Below, in pieces: positions 52,307 through 64,000 of a DNA stretch of 64,000 nt. The notes below the pieces were generated by a model. It made no database searches and was not told where the DNA came from. It worked only from the letters and a program-made list of their open reading frames with translations. The stretch is from an uncultured Pelagibacteraceae bacterium. GTDB taxonomy: Bacteria > Pseudomonadota > Alphaproteobacteria > Pelagibacterales > Pelagibacteraceae. Location: positions 2,130 through 66,129 of the forward strand of contig CACENB010000001.1 in the NCBI GenBank assembly GCA_902561015.1. Direction: 5' to 3'. The translations under genes were made by a program, and so were the position numbers. Numbering within the stretch: the stretch's first letter is position 1; each line of letters opens with the position of its first letter.

Positions 52307-52396
52307 TGGCGGAGAGAGTGGGATTCGAACCCACGAAAGAGTTTCCTCTAAACACGCTTTCCAAGCGTGCGCCTTAAACCGCTCGGCCACCTCTCC
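52307..52396 (-). tRNA. tRNA-Ser (GGA)
   Basis: GGAGAGG/TCTCTCC-G-CCA, anticodon arm CACGC-TTGGAAA-GCGTG, long variable arm. Confidence 0.97.
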
Positions 52397-52479
52397 AAAT
52401 ATTCTACGATATATTCAATATTACAGTTCATAAAATAATAATCTTAAATATTTAAATCACAACACTGTTTATTATTTAG

Positions 52480-53313
52480 TTAAATTTTTGGTCTATAATA
52501 AGAATTTTTACCAATTATAGATGTTAACAAACCTTTAAATCTCATTTTAGAGATCGTAAGTTTTATATTATTTCTTAATATAAAATAAAATATTAATTTA
52601 ATTAAAAGTTTAATTAGTATAGGAAAAAAAATAATTAAACTTAATACATATCCTTTATATTTCTTGCTAAAATAAAATTTAGACCACATCCAGTGCCAAT
52701 TTCTGGACATCTCAATCTCAAAGCTTTCACTATTATGTGACTGGTTCCCTAAATGTGAGACCTCAACATTTATTTCAATTATTTTTTCACCCATTTTTTT
52801 AATTCTTCGGCAAAGATCTATTTCTTCCAAATATAAAAAAAAATTTTCATCAAAAAAAGAATTTAAAAATTTTTTTTTATTCAATATCATAGCCATTCCA
52901 CGTACTTCATTCACGAAAATGTAATCTTTAATTCCTTTATTCTGTTTATAAACTTTAAACTTCTCAACTATTTGGGGTGCCGCTATAGCAAAATCAACAT
53001 TTTGAATAACTTCAATAATTTTATCAATTTCTAACTTATGTATTTTTGTATCTGGATTGATCAGAAATAGATATTCAGTGTTTGAATTTGAAATTCCAAA
53101 ATTATTTGCCTTACCAAAACCACCATTATTATTCATTACAAAAACTTTTAGATTTGGAATTTTTTGCTCTAGAATATTATAAAATTTATAATTACCAGAA
53201 TTCTCGATAATAATTTTGTCACACTCTTCAGGGATATCTTTTAAACAGTTATTGATTATGTGTTCACTTTTAAATGTAACAATTATAAATGTTAAATCAG
53301 AATAACTAATCAC
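52480..53313 (-). CDS. Glycosyltransferase family 2
   Basis: IIVTF, NGGFGKANN, INPD, FDENFFLYLEEIDLC. Confidence 0.9.
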   Translation of the reverse strand: MISYSDLTFIIVTFKSEHIINNCLKDIPEECDKIIIENSGNYKFYNILEQKIPNLKVFVMNNNGGFGKANNFGISNSNTEYLFLINPDTKIHKLEIDKIIEVIQNVDFAIAAPQIVEKFKVYKQNKGIKDYIFVNEVRGMAMILNKKKFLNSFFDENFFLYLEEIDLCRRIKKMGEKIIEINVEVSHLGNQSHNSESFEIEMSRNWHWMWSKFYFSKKYKGYVLSLIIFFPILIKLLIKLIFYFILRNNIKLTISKMRFKGLLTSIIGKNSYYRPKI

Positions 53314-53376
53314 TACTTTAATTTTAATATTATCAAAAAAAATATCAATTTAAATTTAAATAAAAAACCATATAAC

Positions 53377-55185
53377 TTATTTTTCTTTAGAAATTTTTAA
53401 AACACCTATGAATGCTTCCTGTGGTATTTCCACCCTGCCAAATTGTTTAGATCTTGCTTTTCCTTTTTTTTGTTTTTCTAAAAGTTTTCTTTTTCTATCG
53501 GTAGCTCCACCACCATGTATTTTGGTTAATACATCTTTTTTGAAACCCTTAATTGTTTCTCTCGCAATAATTTTTCCTCCTATAGCAGCCTGAATAGGTA
53601 TCATAAAATTATGTCTTGGAATTAAATCTTTTAATTTTTCGCACACCTCTCTTCCTGTTTTTTGAGCAAAATCTTTATGTATCATCATTGCAAGAGCGTC
53701 CACTGGCTCTCCGTTAACTAAAATACTAAGTTTAACTAATTCACCTTCTCTGTGTTCTAAAATTTCATAATCAAAACTTGCATAACCACTTGTCATTGAT
53801 TTAATCCTATCATTAAAATCAAAAACTACTTCATTTAATGGCAACTTGTAAGTAACAACAGCTCTAGTTCCAGAATAACTTAAATTTGTTTGTATCCCTC
53901 TTTTATCCTGACACAATTTTATTATAGATCCCAAATAATTATCTGGAGTAATAATAGTTGCTTTGATCCATGGTTCCTCTATTGATTGAATAAAAGTTGG
54001 GTCAGGTAAGCTTGAAGGATTTTGTAAATCTTTAATCTCTCCATTATTTAGTTTTACCTTGTAGACAACACCTGGTGTAGTTGTTAATAAGTTAACATCA
54101 AATTCTCGCTCTAATCTTTCTGTTATAATTTCTAAGTGTAATAATCCTAAAAAACCACATCTAAAACCTAAACCAAGAGCTGAAGAGGACTCAGCCTCAT
54201 AGGAAAAACTTGCATCATTAAGTTGCAACTTTGCTAATCCATCTTTCAATTTCTGATATTCAGAACTGTCTACTGGGAATAGACCGCAGAAAACAACTGG
54301 TTTACTTGGTTTAAAGCCTGGCAAAGCTTCGACTTTAGGTCTCGATGCATCACAAATAGTATCCCCAACTTTAGTATCAGATAGAACTTTTATACCAGTT
54401 GTAATAAATCCTATTTCTCCAGAATTTAGTTCACTCACATCTTTTGGTTTAGGTGTAAATAAACCAACTTTTTCAACAACATAGTCTTGATTGGTTGAAA
54501 GCATTTTAATTTTCATATTTTTTGTAATCTTACCATTAATAACTCTGACTAAAATTACTACCCCTAAATACGTGTCATACCAACTGTCTACTAATAAACA
54601 TTTCAGGTCTTGATCTAAATTTCCCTCCGGCCCAGGCAATTGACTAATTATTTGCTCTAATATGTTGTCTATTCCTTCTCCAGTTTTTCCCGAACATGGG
54701 ATAGCATTTTGAGTTTCGATACCTATAACATCTTCAATCTGTTTTTTTGTTCTTTCTAAATCAGATGCGGGTAAATCGATTTTATTTAAAACAGGAATAA
54801 TTTCGTGATTAATATCTAATGCTTGGTAAACATTTGCTAAAGTTTGAGCCTCAACACCTTGTGTGCTATCTACTATAAGGATAGACCCTTCACAAGCGTA
54901 AAGAGACCTACTTACTTCATAACTAAAATCTACATGACCTGGTGTATCAATTATATTCAAAATGTACTCTTTACCATTTTTAGATTTATAATTGAGTTTC
55001 ACAGTTTGAGCTTTGATGGTTATTCCTCTCTCTCTTTCTATATCCATCGAATCTAAAACTTGGGCTTTCATCTCTCTTTCAGTCAATCCTCCACATCTGT
55101 GAATTATTCTATCTGCTATTGTAGATTTGCCATGATCTATATGAGCAATTATTGCGAAATTTCTTATATGATCAATTGTAGTCAT
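53377..55185 (-). CDS. lepA: Elongation factor 4
   Basis: [36 protein letters not shown]. Confidence 0.98.
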   Translation of the reverse strand: MTTIDHIRNFAIIAHIDHGKSTIADRIIHRCGGLTEREMKAQVLDSMDIERERGITIKAQTVKLNYKSKNGKEYILNIIDTPGHVDFSYEVSRSLYACEGSILIVDSTQGVEAQTLANVYQALDINHEIIPVLNKIDLPASDLERTKKQIEDVIGIETQNAIPCSGKTGEGIDNILEQIISQLPGPEGNLDQDLKCLLVDSWYDTYLGVVILVRVINGKITKNMKIKMLSTNQDYVVEKVGLFTPKPKDVSELNSGEIGFITTGIKVLSDTKVGDTICDASRPKVEALPGFKPSKPVVFCGLFPVDSSEYQKLKDGLAKLQLNDASFSYEAESSSALGLGFRCGFLGLLHLEIITERLEREFDVNLLTTTPGVVYKVKLNNGEIKDLQNPSSLPDPTFIQSIEEPWIKATIITPDNYLGSIIKLCQDKRGIQTNLSYSGTRAVVTYKLPLNEVVFDFNDRIKSMTSGYASFDYEILEHREGELVKLSILVNGEPVDALAMMIHKDFAQKTGREVCEKLKDLIPRHNFMIPIQAAIGGKIIARETIKGFKKDVLTKIHGGGATDRKRKLLEKQKKGKARSKQFGRVEIPQEAFIGVLKISKEK

Positions 55186-55190
55186 TTTTA

Positions 55191-57596
55191 TTAAGAACGG
55201 ATCTTTGCACCAGTTTTATTTTCTACTGTTTTGATAATTAATTTATTAATATTTTCTAAATCATTATCATTTAATGTTTTCTCTGTAGATTGGATCGTAA
55301 CACTCAACGCTATCGATTTATAATTATCAGGAATATTGTTACCCTCATAAACATCAAAAACTCTGATATTTCTGATCAATTTTTGGTCTACATTTGAGAC
55401 AGCATTAATCAAATCTTGCGCATTGACATCTTTATTTACAATGAATGCAAAATCTCTCTCGGATTTTTGATAATCTGAAATATTAAATTTATTTTTTTGG
55501 TTGTTTAATGTTGTTTGCGGTAATTTTAGATTATCTAAAAATATTTCAAAACCCACTAAAGACTCTGTCTTTATATCAGTTTTTTTAATTATATTAGGGT
55601 GAATTTCGCCAAAATAAGCTGCTACTGACTCTGCATTTTTTTTTAAAAATAACCTACCAGATTTACCTGGATGATAATAATTTGGAGTTTCGTTGTCTAT
55701 AAAAAATTCTTCTGATTTATATCCTGCTTCAATTAAAGTTTGGACTACATCTTTTTTAACATCAAAGACATCAACGTTTCTCTCTTTTTCAATCCAAGAT
55801 AATCTTGATTTTTTTCCTGATGATAAACCACATACTACTGTATTTTGTTCACCAGGCCTTGAACCAATAAAAGTTGGACCGATTTCATAAATTGACAAAT
55901 CTTTAAAACCTCTGTCAAGATTTTTACTCATATAGATTATCAAGTTTGAAAATACCGAACTTCTCAAAACATCTAATTCAGCACTTATTGGATTTACAAT
56001 TTTAATTTCTTTTTTAGAGTCTCTGAAATAATCGTTGTAATTCGAATCTGTAAACGACCAAGTAATTACCTCTAGATAGCCTTTTGACGCCACTGATCTC
56101 TGTAAAAAATGAAATAACTTTTGTGATCTATTTAAAGTAGGTTTCTTTCTTTCTTTGATTGGATCTACAATCTTTATTTTATCATAACCAACTATTCTTA
56201 CCAATTCTTCAACAATATCTACTTGTTGTGTGATATCGGGTCTCCATGATGGAACAGTCAATTCAAAAAATTTTTTTTTCTTTTTAAATTTAAAACCAAG
56301 ATCTTCTAAAATTTTAAAAATTTCTTTAGTAGAAATATTAAAACCTGCTATTTTTTTAAATGAATTGATATCAAATTTAACTATTTTTGTTTTATGGGTT
56401 TCGACTTTTTGTATATCGATTTTACTAATCTTGCCACCACAAACTTCTTTGATTAATATTGCAGCCTTATTCAAGCCATCCTCAATCGATAATGGATCAA
56501 TACCTCTCTCAAATCTAAACTTTGCATCAGTATCAAGACTCAATTTTTTTGCAGTGGTCCTTATTGATCGAGGTTTAAAATAAGCCGACTCTAATAATAT
56601 ATTCTTTGTGTCTAATTCTGTTCCTGATCTTATTCCACCAATAATTCCGCCCAATCCTAAAACACCTTTGTGATCACTGATCACACACATTCCATCTTCC
56701 AGCTTATAATTCTTATTATCTAAAGCAGTAAATTTCTCTCCTGTTTTTGAATTTCGAACTATAATGCCTTTTTCGATTTTATCAGCATCATAGGCATGCA
56801 GCGGACGATTAATATCAAACATTACATAGTTTGTAATATCAACTATTGCAGAAATTGGTTTTTGGCCTATTGAAATCAATTTGTCCTTAAGCCATTGAGG
56901 ACTTTCAACGTTTTTTAAATTGGTAATAAGACAACTACCAAATATACTACACCCTTGATTTTTCTCTTTTTTTATTTTTACTTTTAAAGATTGTCTAATA
57001 TTTGATTTAATTTTTTTTTCCTTTAAGTCAGTCAATTTTCCAAAGCCCGAGGCGGCTAGATCTCTTGCAATTCCTCTTATACCAAGACAATCTGGTCTAT
57101 TAGGTGTTATAGATAAATCAATCAAATTAGATTTTGATTTTGAAAAATAACTCTTACCAATAATTTTTTTGTATCCTGAAGATAATTCAATTATACCATC
57201 AGATTCGTCAGATAAATTTAATTCAGACTCTGAGCAAAGCATTCCATAAGAAGTAACTCCTCTTATTTTAGCTACAACTAGTTTTGTTTTAGTTTTTGGG
57301 ATAATTGATCCTGGAGGGGCATATACCGTAATTAATCCCTCAACTGCGTTAGCAGCTCCACACACAACTTTTTTTAATTGTTTGTCACCAACATTGACAT
57401 CGCAAATTTTTAGCCGATCCGCATTTGGATGCTTTATTGTTTTAATGATTTTAGCTACTTTAAAATGCTCTTTATCTGAGGAGAGATTTTGTACTCCTTC
57501 TACCTCTAATCCAACATTAGTAAGTTGCTCTAAAAGTTTTTTTTCTTTTAAATTTGTCTTTAAATGATCTTTAAGCCAATCAAATGTGATTTTCAT
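55191..57596 (-). CDS. pheT: Phenylalanyl-tRNA synthetase beta
   Basis: HPNADRL, ITPNRPD, RFERG, PSWRPD, ERDFAF. Confidence 0.98.
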   Translation of the reverse strand: MKITFDWLKDHLKTNLKEKKLLEQLTNVGLEVEGVQNLSSDKEHFKVAKIIKTIKHPNADRLKICDVNVGDKQLKKVVCGAANAVEGLITVYAPPGSIIPKTKTKLVVAKIRGVTSYGMLCSESELNLSDESDGIIELSSGYKKIIGKSYFSKSKSNLIDLSITPNRPDCLGIRGIARDLAASGFGKLTDLKEKKIKSNIRQSLKVKIKKEKNQGCSIFGSCLITNLKNVESPQWLKDKLISIGQKPISAIVDITNYVMFDINRPLHAYDADKIEKGIIVRNSKTGEKFTALDNKNYKLEDGMCVISDHKGVLGLGGIIGGIRSGTELDTKNILLESAYFKPRSIRTTAKKLSLDTDAKFRFERGIDPLSIEDGLNKAAILIKEVCGGKISKIDIQKVETHKTKIVKFDINSFKKIAGFNISTKEIFKILEDLGFKFKKKKKFFELTVPSWRPDITQQVDIVEELVRIVGYDKIKIVDPIKERKKPTLNRSQKLFHFLQRSVASKGYLEVITWSFTDSNYNDYFRDSKKEIKIVNPISAELDVLRSSVFSNLIIYMSKNLDRGFKDLSIYEIGPTFIGSRPGEQNTVVCGLSSGKKSRLSWIEKERNVDVFDVKKDVVQTLIEAGYKSEEFFIDNETPNYYHPGKSGRLFLKKNAESVAAYFGEIHPNIIKKTDIKTESLVGFEIFLDNLKLPQTTLNNQKNKFNISDYQKSERDFAFIVNKDVNAQDLINAVSNVDQKLIRNIRVFDVYEGNNIPDNYKSIALSVTIQSTEKTLNDNDLENINKLIIKTVENKTGAKIRS

Positions 57597-58660
57597 CTAC
57601 TTAAGCCTCTATAATTTGTTGGTACGTCTAAAGGATCAAATCCAAAATGATTTAACCATCTATAGTCACAATCGAAAAAAGCTCGTAAGTCATTAATCCC
57701 ATACTTTAACATAGCCAACCTATCAATACCCATCCCAAACGCATATCCTTGAAACTTTGTTGGATCTACCTTAACATTTCTCAAAACATTTGGGTGCACC
57801 ATCCCGCAACCTAAAATTTCAAGCCATTGATCACCTTCGCCAATTACTATTTTACCATCCTTCATCTCGTATCCTATATCAACCTCAGCAGATGGCTCTG
57901 TGAAAGGAAAATGACTTGGTCTAAATCTCATTTTAATTTTATCCAGTTCAAAAAATTCTTTAATGAAATAATTTAGACATCCTTTTAAATGTCCCATATT
58001 TATCTCTTTATCTATATGAAGACCTTCAACCTGATGAAACATAGGTGCGTGTGTTTGATCGCTATCTGATCTATATGTTCTGCCAGGAGCTATTATTTTA
58101 AATGGTGGTTTATCTTTAAGCATTGTTCTAATTTGAACTGGAGAAGTATGTGTGCGTAATAATTTTTCTTTTTTATCATCAAGATAAAAAGTGTCATGCA
58201 TATCTCTAGCTGGATGATTATCTGGTGTGTTGAGTGCAGTAAAATTATTATATTCACTCTCAACATCTGGACCTTCTTCAACGCTGAAACCGATTTCAGA
58301 AAAAATCGAAGATATTTCATCAATTGTTTGGGACACAGGGTGAATTTTACCTCTCACAAATGGTCTTTCAGGCAAAGTAATATCAATTTTTTCTTTTTGT
58401 AACTTTTCTTTAATTTCTTCATTTTCAATTTCATTTATTTTCAAATTAATTAAACCTTGCAACTCATCCTTAATGACATTCAGTTCTGAGGCAAATTTTT
58501 TTCTTTCGGTATCTGCAATGGTTCCTATCTTTTTGAATTCTGATGAAACTAATCCATTCTTACCAAATAAATCAGATTTTATTTGATTTACTTCTGATAA
58601 GTTTAATTTACTTTTTAGTTTCGAAATAAATTCATCTTTTATTTTTTTAAGATCTGACAT
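57593..58660 (-). CDS. pheS: Phenylalanyl-tRNA synthetase alpha
   Basis: [28 protein letters not shown]. Confidence 0.98.
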   Translation of the reverse strand: MSDLKKIKDEFISKLKSKLNLSEVNQIKSDLFGKNGLVSSEFKKIGTIADTERKKFASELNVIKDELQGLINLKINEIENEEIKEKLQKEKIDITLPERPFVRGKIHPVSQTIDEISSIFSEIGFSVEEGPDVESEYNNFTALNTPDNHPARDMHDTFYLDDKKEKLLRTHTSPVQIRTMLKDKPPFKIIAPGRTYRSDSDQTHAPMFHQVEGLHIDKEINMGHLKGCLNYFIKEFFELDKIKMRFRPSHFPFTEPSAEVDIGYEMKDGKIVIGEGDQWLEILGCGMVHPNVLRNVKVDPTKFQGYAFGMGIDRLAMLKYGINDLRAFFDCDYRWLNHFGFDPLDVPTNYRGLSR

Positions 58661-58703
58661 TTTTACAGATTATTTCTTCAGCAAAATAAAACAATAGTGA
58701 AGA

Positions 58704-59060
58704 TTAATTTAGTGCAGATTGTGCTTTTTGAACAATAGTTTTAAAGGCTTCTGGACTATCATAAGCTATCTCAGCAAGTATTTTTCTATCAATTTTAATT
58801 CCACATTTATTTAGGCCATTAATAAATTTGGAATAAGTTAATCCTTCAGCTCTTACGCCTGCATTAATTCTTTGAATCCATAAAGATTTAAAATCTCTTT
58901 TTTTATTTCTTCTATCTCTGTAAGCATATTGCATTGCCTTTTCCATGGCTTGTTTTGCAACTCTAATAGTATTTTTTCTTCGACCCCACTGACCCTTAAC
59001 AGCTTTTAAAACTTTTTTATGTTTTGCTCTACTTGTAACACCTCTTTTTACTCTAGCCAT
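58704..59060 (-). CDS. rplT: 50S ribosomal protein L20
   Basis: [21 protein letters not shown]. Confidence 0.99.
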   Translation of the reverse strand: MARVKRGVTSRAKHKKVLKAVKGQWGRRKNTIRVAKQAMEKAMQYAYRDRRNKKRDFKSLWIQRINAGVRAEGLTYSKFINGLNKCGIKIDRKILAEIAYDSPEAFKTIVQKAQSALN

Positions 59061-59061
59061 T

Positions 59062-59268
59062 TTAACCTCTTAAACTATAAGGCATGTACGACTTAACAAT
59101 TTTTCCATCTTGTTTTGACATTGTAGTAGTGCCTCTTAATTTTCTTATTTGTGAATTAGTTCTTTTAATCATTCCATGCCTTTTACCAGCTTGCGCCATG
59201 ATAACTTTTCCCTTGGCCGATATCTTAAATCTTTTTTTAGCTGAGCTTTTGGTTTTTAATTTTGGCAT
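59062..59268 (-). CDS. rpmI: 50S ribosomal protein L35
   Basis: [14 protein letters not shown]. Confidence 0.99.
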   Translation of the reverse strand: MPKLKTKSSAKKRFKISAKGKVIMAQAGKRHGMIKRTNSQIRKLRGTTTMSKQDGKIVKSYMPYSLRG

Positions 59269-59279
59269 AATTGAGCGAG

Positions 59280-59308
59280 GTTATACATACAAAGAAATAA
59301 ATTTACAA
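59280..59308 (-). promoter_or_regulatory. Putative internal promoter for rpmI-rplT
   Basis: TTGTAA-N17-TATAAC, 11 nt before the rpmI ATG. Confidence 0.55.
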
Positions 59309-59321
59309 CCTATATTAAGCC

Positions 59322-59867
59322 TTATAAAGGCTGGATTACCATAATCATTTGTTTACCATCAAACTTTGGATGTAATTCTATTTTACCAATATCTTTCATA
59401 TCCTCTTTAATTTTAGCCATAAGCTCATTTCCAAGATGAGAGTGTTGAAGTTCACGACCTTTAAATCTTATTGTAAATTTTACCTTATCACCTTTAGCAA
59501 TAAATTTTTTTGCATTTTTTACTTTGAATTCATAATCATGGACCTCCGTAACAGGTCTCATCTTAATTTCTTTTAATGAGACTATTTTTTGCTTTTTCCT
59601 TGCAAGGTTCGCTTTTTTTTGAGCATCATATTTAAACTTTCCCATATCCATAATTTTACAAACGGGTGGATTAGCATTGGGAGATATTTCTATAAGATCT
59701 AATCCTTCTCTCTTAGCAATTGTAATTGCCTCATTCGTATTCAAAATTCCCAAATTATTTCCATCATTTGCGATCACCTGAACTTCGGGTGATGAAATTC
59801 TATTATTAGATCTCGGGCCACGATCTTTAGTTTTTTTTTGGAAATAATTTTTTTTGCTATCTGCCAC
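59322..59867 (-). CDS. infC: Translation initiation factor IF-3
   Basis: PPVCKIMD, KEIKMRP, GDKVK, FKGRE; non-ATG (GTG) start, exact start uncertain. Confidence 0.96.
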   Translation of the reverse strand: MADSKKNYFQKKTKDRGPRSNNRISSPEVQVIANDGNNLGILNTNEAITIAKREGLDLIEISPNANPPVCKIMDMGKFKYDAQKKANLARKKQKIVSLKEIKMRPVTEVHDYEFKVKNAKKFIAKGDKVKFTIRFKGRELQHSHLGNELMAKIKEDMKDIGKIELHPKFDGKQMIMVIQPL

Positions 59868-59873
59868 TAAATT

Positions 59874-61787
59874 TTAAGATACTTTGTTTAGCGCAGAAAA
59901 ACTTTTTAAAAATAAGTCTAATTTCATATTTTCTTGTTTATTAGAGTCCAATCTTCTAATGGTTACACTCTTACTGTCAACTTCTTTTTTACCACAAATC
60001 AGTAGAATTGGTATTTTTGCTAAAGAATGTTCTCTAATTTTATAATTTAGATTATGTTTTTTTAAGTCAACAATTGAACTTATACCTACATCTTTTATTT
60101 TTTTAGTCACTTCTTTTGCATAGTTCTCAAAGTCTTCAGAAATAGGTATTACCACAGTTTGTAAAGGAGAAATCCAAAATGGAAATTTGCCAGCATAATT
60201 TTCAATTAGTATTCCAATAAATCTCTCAAGTGAACCAAACATTGCTCTATGTAACATGACTGGTACTTTTTTTATTCCATCCTTATCCACGTAGGAAGCA
60301 TCTAATCTCCCAGGTAAATTTAAATCAACTTGTACTGTCCCACATTGCCAATCTCTACCAATTGCATCTCTTAAAACAAATTCAATTTTAGGTCCATAGA
60401 AAGCACCTTCTCCTTTGTTGATACTATATTCAAGTTTTGTAGCTTTTACTGCTTCCAACAAAGAGGCCTCTGCTTTATCCCAAACATGATCTTCGCCAAC
60501 TCTTATCTCGGGCCTGTCTGCATATTTCAAAATTACGTTTTTAAATCCTAAATCTTTGTAAATATCTAAAATTAAATTTGTTACATTTAAACATTCGCTT
60601 GTAATTTGATCTTCTGAGCAGAAAATGTGAGCATCATCTTGAGTAAAAGCTCTAACTCTTAGAAGACCATGAAGTGCACCAGAAGGTTCATATCTATGAA
60701 CTTTTCCAAATTCTGTAATTCTTAATGGTAAATCTCTATAACTTTTAAGACCTTGATTAAAAACTTGAATATGACCCGGACAATTCATAGGTTTGATAGC
60801 GAAAACTTTTTCATCAGGTGTTTGGGATGTATACATGTTTTCTCCATATTTTTCCCAGTGTCCAGACTTTTCCCAAAGTAATCTGTCTAATACCTCTGGT
60901 GTATTTACTTCTTTGTATCCTGCTTTATCTTGTTTAACTCTTAAATAACTAATAAGTTTTTGAAAAAGTGCCCAGCCTTTTTCATGCCAAAAAACAGAGC
61001 CAGGGCTTTCCTCTCTAAAATGAAATAAATCCATTTCTTTACCCAATTTTCTATGATCTCTTTTCTCAGCTTCTTCAATTCTTCTTAAATAATCATCTAA
61101 GTCTTTTTTTGTTGCCCAACCAGTTCCATAAATTCTTTGAAGCATTTCATTATTAGAGTCACCTCGCCAATATGCCCCTGATACTTTAGTAAGTTTAAAA
61201 GCTTTACCAATTTTACCAGAGGATAACAAATGTGGCCCTCTACATAAATCATGCCAAGTATCACCGTGATGGTAAATTGAAAGCTCCTCACTTTCAGGAA
61301 TACTTTCGATGATTTCTGCCTTGTATTTTTCTCCAATCTTTTTGAAATGCTTAATTGCTTTATCCCTATCCCAAACTTCTCTTCTCGTTTTTACGTCTTT
61401 GTCTATTATTTCTAACATTCTTTTCTCAATTTTTTTAAGATCTTCATCGGTAAATGGTTCTTCTCTTGCAAAATCATAATAAAATCCATTCTCAATCACT
61501 GGCCCAATGGTAACTTGGGTTCCAGGATATAATTCTTGAACAGCCATTGCCATAATGTGAGCAGCATCGTGCCTAATGACTTCTAATCCCTCTGGATCTT
61601 TTGCAGTGAAAATTTTTACTAAAGAATCCTCTTTAATCAAAAAATATAAATCTTTGAGCTCACCATTTACACTCATTATCAAAGCTTCTTTATAAAGAGA
61701 TTTGCTTATTTTTTCTGCAATTTCTAAACCTGTGACCTCTTTTGGAAACTCAAGATTATTTCCATCTGGTAGTTTAATTGTAAGCAT
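59874..61787 (-). CDS. thrS: Threonyl-tRNA synthetase
   Basis: DLCRGPH, RDHRKLG, KPMNCP, FTQDDAH, GAFYGPK. Confidence 0.98.
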   Translation of the reverse strand: MLTIKLPDGNNLEFPKEVTGLEIAEKISKSLYKEALIMSVNGELKDLYFLIKEDSLVKIFTAKDPEGLEVIRHDAAHIMAMAVQELYPGTQVTIGPVIENGFYYDFAREEPFTDEDLKKIEKRMLEIIDKDVKTRREVWDRDKAIKHFKKIGEKYKAEIIESIPESEELSIYHHGDTWHDLCRGPHLLSSGKIGKAFKLTKVSGAYWRGDSNNEMLQRIYGTGWATKKDLDDYLRRIEEAEKRDHRKLGKEMDLFHFREESPGSVFWHEKGWALFQKLISYLRVKQDKAGYKEVNTPEVLDRLLWEKSGHWEKYGENMYTSQTPDEKVFAIKPMNCPGHIQVFNQGLKSYRDLPLRITEFGKVHRYEPSGALHGLLRVRAFTQDDAHIFCSEDQITSECLNVTNLILDIYKDLGFKNVILKYADRPEIRVGEDHVWDKAEASLLEAVKATKLEYSINKGEGAFYGPKIEFVLRDAIGRDWQCGTVQVDLNLPGRLDASYVDKDGIKKVPVMLHRAMFGSLERFIGILIENYAGKFPFWISPLQTVVIPISEDFENYAKEVTKKIKDVGISSIVDLKKHNLNYKIREHSLAKIPILLICGKKEVDSKSVTIRRLDSNKQENMKLDLFLKSFSALNKVS

Positions 61788-62942
61788 TTAATTAATTAAT
61801 CTTTTATATTCTGAATAAGTAGAAAAACACATTTTTTCAACATTAAATTTTTTTACAATGTTTTTTCTACCTTCAATACCCATAGTTTTCAATAAGCTTT
61901 CGTCCATGGTTAAAGCTTGTATTATTTTTTTACTTAAAGATTTTGGATCTCCAGACTCAAATAGTAATCCTGTTTTTTCATTAATTACAGTTTCATTTGA
62001 TCCACCAATATTACTAGCAATTATCAGCTTTTCCATTGATTGGGCTTCTACCGCAACTCGTCCAAATGCTTCTGGTTCAATTGAAGCTGAAACAATTATA
62101 TCTGAAACTTTATAAGCTAAAGCCATATTTTCACATGTATCAATAAATTTTATTTGTTTAGAAATTTTGTATCGTTCACAAAGATGATGCAACTTTTTTT
62201 TATATACATCTCGTCCTTGATCATTTCCTAGGACTACTGCATAAAATGCTTCGTAACCTAATTCAATGTTAGCCAAATTTATCGCTTCAATAAATAGTTC
62301 CTGACCTTTCCAAGATGTTAATCTACCTGGTAACAAAATAATCTTTTTATTTTCCAGTATGCCCCATTCGTTCAATAATTTTATTTCATCCTTTTCTAAC
62401 AATGTGCTTGGGTCAAAATAATCAACATTTATGCCTCTAAATATTACGAGTAATTTTTTTTTTACATTAATGAGATTTGAATAGTTTTCTTTAATGTGGG
62501 AAAAAATAAAATTAGATCCAGCTATAATAAGATCTGACCTAACCATGACCGAATTATAAAATTTTTTGATTTTTCCATTGAAATTATATGTTCCATGAAA
62601 AGTTGTTACGAATTTTCTTCCCGTTAATTTAGTTGCAATTAAACAAGACCAAGCTGGCGCTCTACTTCGAGCATGAACTATAGATATATTGTAAAATAAA
62701 ATAATAAAAACTAAAATTATAGAGTTTAATAAAATCAAAAAAGGATTTTTGCTATGAACAGGTAATCTAATTAATTTTACTTTTTTTCTATCTATAAATT
62801 TTGTTAACTCTCCACCACTTGTAACTATGAAAGATTTACAGTTATTTTCTGGAAGATAATGAGCAATATCATAACAACCAGTTTCAGCTCCCCCGTAGCC
62901 TAGTTTGGGGATAACTTGTAAAACTTTTAAATTAAATGACAT
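61788..62942 (-). CDS. Glycosyltransferase family 4
   Basis: GGAE, HARSRAPAW, PGRLTSWKG, EAFGRVAVEAQ. Confidence 0.93.
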   Translation of the reverse strand: MSFNLKVLQVIPKLGYGGAETGCYDIAHYLPENNCKSFIVTSGGELTKFIDRKKVKLIRLPVHSKNPFLILLNSIILVFIILFYNISIVHARSRAPAWSCLIATKLTGRKFVTTFHGTYNFNGKIKKFYNSVMVRSDLIIAGSNFIFSHIKENYSNLINVKKKLLVIFRGINVDYFDPSTLLEKDEIKLLNEWGILENKKIILLPGRLTSWKGQELFIEAINLANIELGYEAFYAVVLGNDQGRDVYKKKLHHLCERYKISKQIKFIDTCENMALAYKVSDIIVSASIEPEAFGRVAVEAQSMEKLIIASNIGGSNETVINEKTGLLFESGDPKSLSKKIIQALTMDESLLKTMGIEGRKNIVKKFNVEKMCFSTYSEYKRLIN

Positions 62943-62984
62943 TAGAATTAATTATATAATAATCGAAATAACTAATAAACTTTT

Positions 62985-63731
62985 ATGACTAAGTTTAAAT
63001 ACTTAAAACTAACAAAAACAAAAAGAATAAGATATTTAACGAATTTTAAGAGGAAAAGCACTTATCTTGTTTTTCTTCATGGTTTTAAATCAGACCTAGA
63101 GGGTCAAAAACCTAAAACTTTTTTAAGATTTGCAAAAAAAAATAATTTAGGTTTTTTAGCTTTAGAATATTCAGGCCATGGAAAATCATCAGGAAAATTT
63201 ATTGATGGGAATATAACAAAATGGACAAATGAAACTTCACAACTAATTAGAAAAATTGTCAAAAAAAATAACATAATATTAATCGGCTCGAGCATGGGTT
63301 CTTGGATTTCATTAAATCAATTTAAATATTTTAAGAAGCAAATCGTAGGTTTTTTGGGAATTGGGTCTGCACCCGAATTTCTAGAACACTTAATGTGGAA
63401 GAAATTTAAAAAAAAAATTAAATCGGAAATCATTAAAAATGGTATATATCTTCTTAAATATGGTGAATACACTTATCCAATTACTCACCAATTAATAAAA
63501 GATGGAAAAAAAAACAAAGTTTTAAACAAAAAAATAAATCAAAATATAAATGTAACAATGGTTCATGGGAGTAAAGATGAGTCTGTTCCTGAAATTTATT
63601 CAAAAAAAATTTTGAGGATTTTTAAATCGAAAAAAAAGAAATTAGTAATTGTAAAAAACGGTGATCATAGTTTGTCTTCGTCTAAATGGCTTAAAATATT
63701 GAAAAGAGAGTTAAAATTAATAATTAGCTAA
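62985..63731 (+). CDS. Alpha/beta hydrolase
   Basis: HGFKSD, YSGHGKS, GSSMG, HGSKD, GDH. Confidence 0.92.
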   Translation: MTKFKYLKLTKTKRIRYLTNFKRKSTYLVFLHGFKSDLEGQKPKTFLRFAKKNNLGFLALEYSGHGKSSGKFIDGNITKWTNETSQLIRKIVKKNNIILIGSSMGSWISLNQFKYFKKQIVGFLGIGSAPEFLEHLMWKKFKKKIKSEIIKNGIYLLKYGEYTYPITHQLIKDGKKNKVLNKKINQNINVTMVHGSKDESVPEIYSKKILRIFKSKKKKLVIVKNGDHSLSSSKWLKILKRELKLIIS

Positions 63732-64000
63732 CTTTTTGTATTTTTATTTTTTTAGAGATTGGATTTTTAAGCTTATCTATCATTTCTTTTGGACAAACCT
63801 GTACAAAATTCTTTAACTCGTTCTCAAAATCATCGATTATTTTTTTTGACAAATTAGATCCAGTTTCATTACTATGTTCGAGTATTAATTCTTTTAAAAA
63901 TTTTGACCAATATTCAGTTTCTACATTTTGCCATACAACTGAGTCAGGGTTTACTTTTTTTTCAAATTCTTTTGATTTATCATAAATAAAAGCCATACCT
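63724..64000 (-). CDS. gltB: Glutamate synthase large subunit, C-terminal end (enters from outside window)
   Basis: GMAFIYD...VN...LILEH..ETGS...FVQVCP. Confidence 0.85.
   Translation of the reverse strand, partial: GMAFIYDKSKEFEKKVNPDSVVWQNVETEYWSKFLKELILEHSNETGSNLSKKIIDDFENELKNFVQVCPKEMIDKLKNPISKKIKIQKVS

Noticed and set aside
58661-58703. pheM-like attenuator before pheS
   Set aside because: Only 43 nt with a weak TCTTCA/TGAAGA repeat; no convincing Phe-rich leader or terminator

Overview
Very AT-rich, gene-dense 64 kb core-genome segment of a streamlined marine alphaproteobacterium. Gene content, order and sequence style point to Pelagibacterales (SAR11), which is an inference. It runs from a truncated dnaX to a truncated gltB and holds about 65 housekeeping CDSs for amino-acid, LPS and peptidoglycan synthesis, translation and DNA metabolism. 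It also carries four tRNAs (His-GTG, Phe-GAA, Thr-GGT, Ser-GGA) and the SRP RNA. I saw no CRISPR array, transposase, integrase or prophage. The strongest hidden signal is a 33-codon ORF missing from the ORF track (26519-26620, minus). It ends in HTHIH, its last His codon and stop codon lie inside an intrinsic terminator, and it sits directly upstream of tRNA-His-hisS-hisZ-hisG, so it is a candidate histidine attenuator that would also control a tRNA. Other leads are an rmuC / MGME1-like nuclease / exonuclease I cassette where addAB usually lies, a tandem HDAC-family plus SET-domain pair, and a bolA / J-domain / cobS-cobT module with no cobN in the window. There are also several more small unlisted ORFs and substitutions at usually invariant motifs (TrpB/TrpA, Cmk, RegB, AroA, ArgF, LepA). 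All calls come from reading motifs and synteny by eye; no searches were run.
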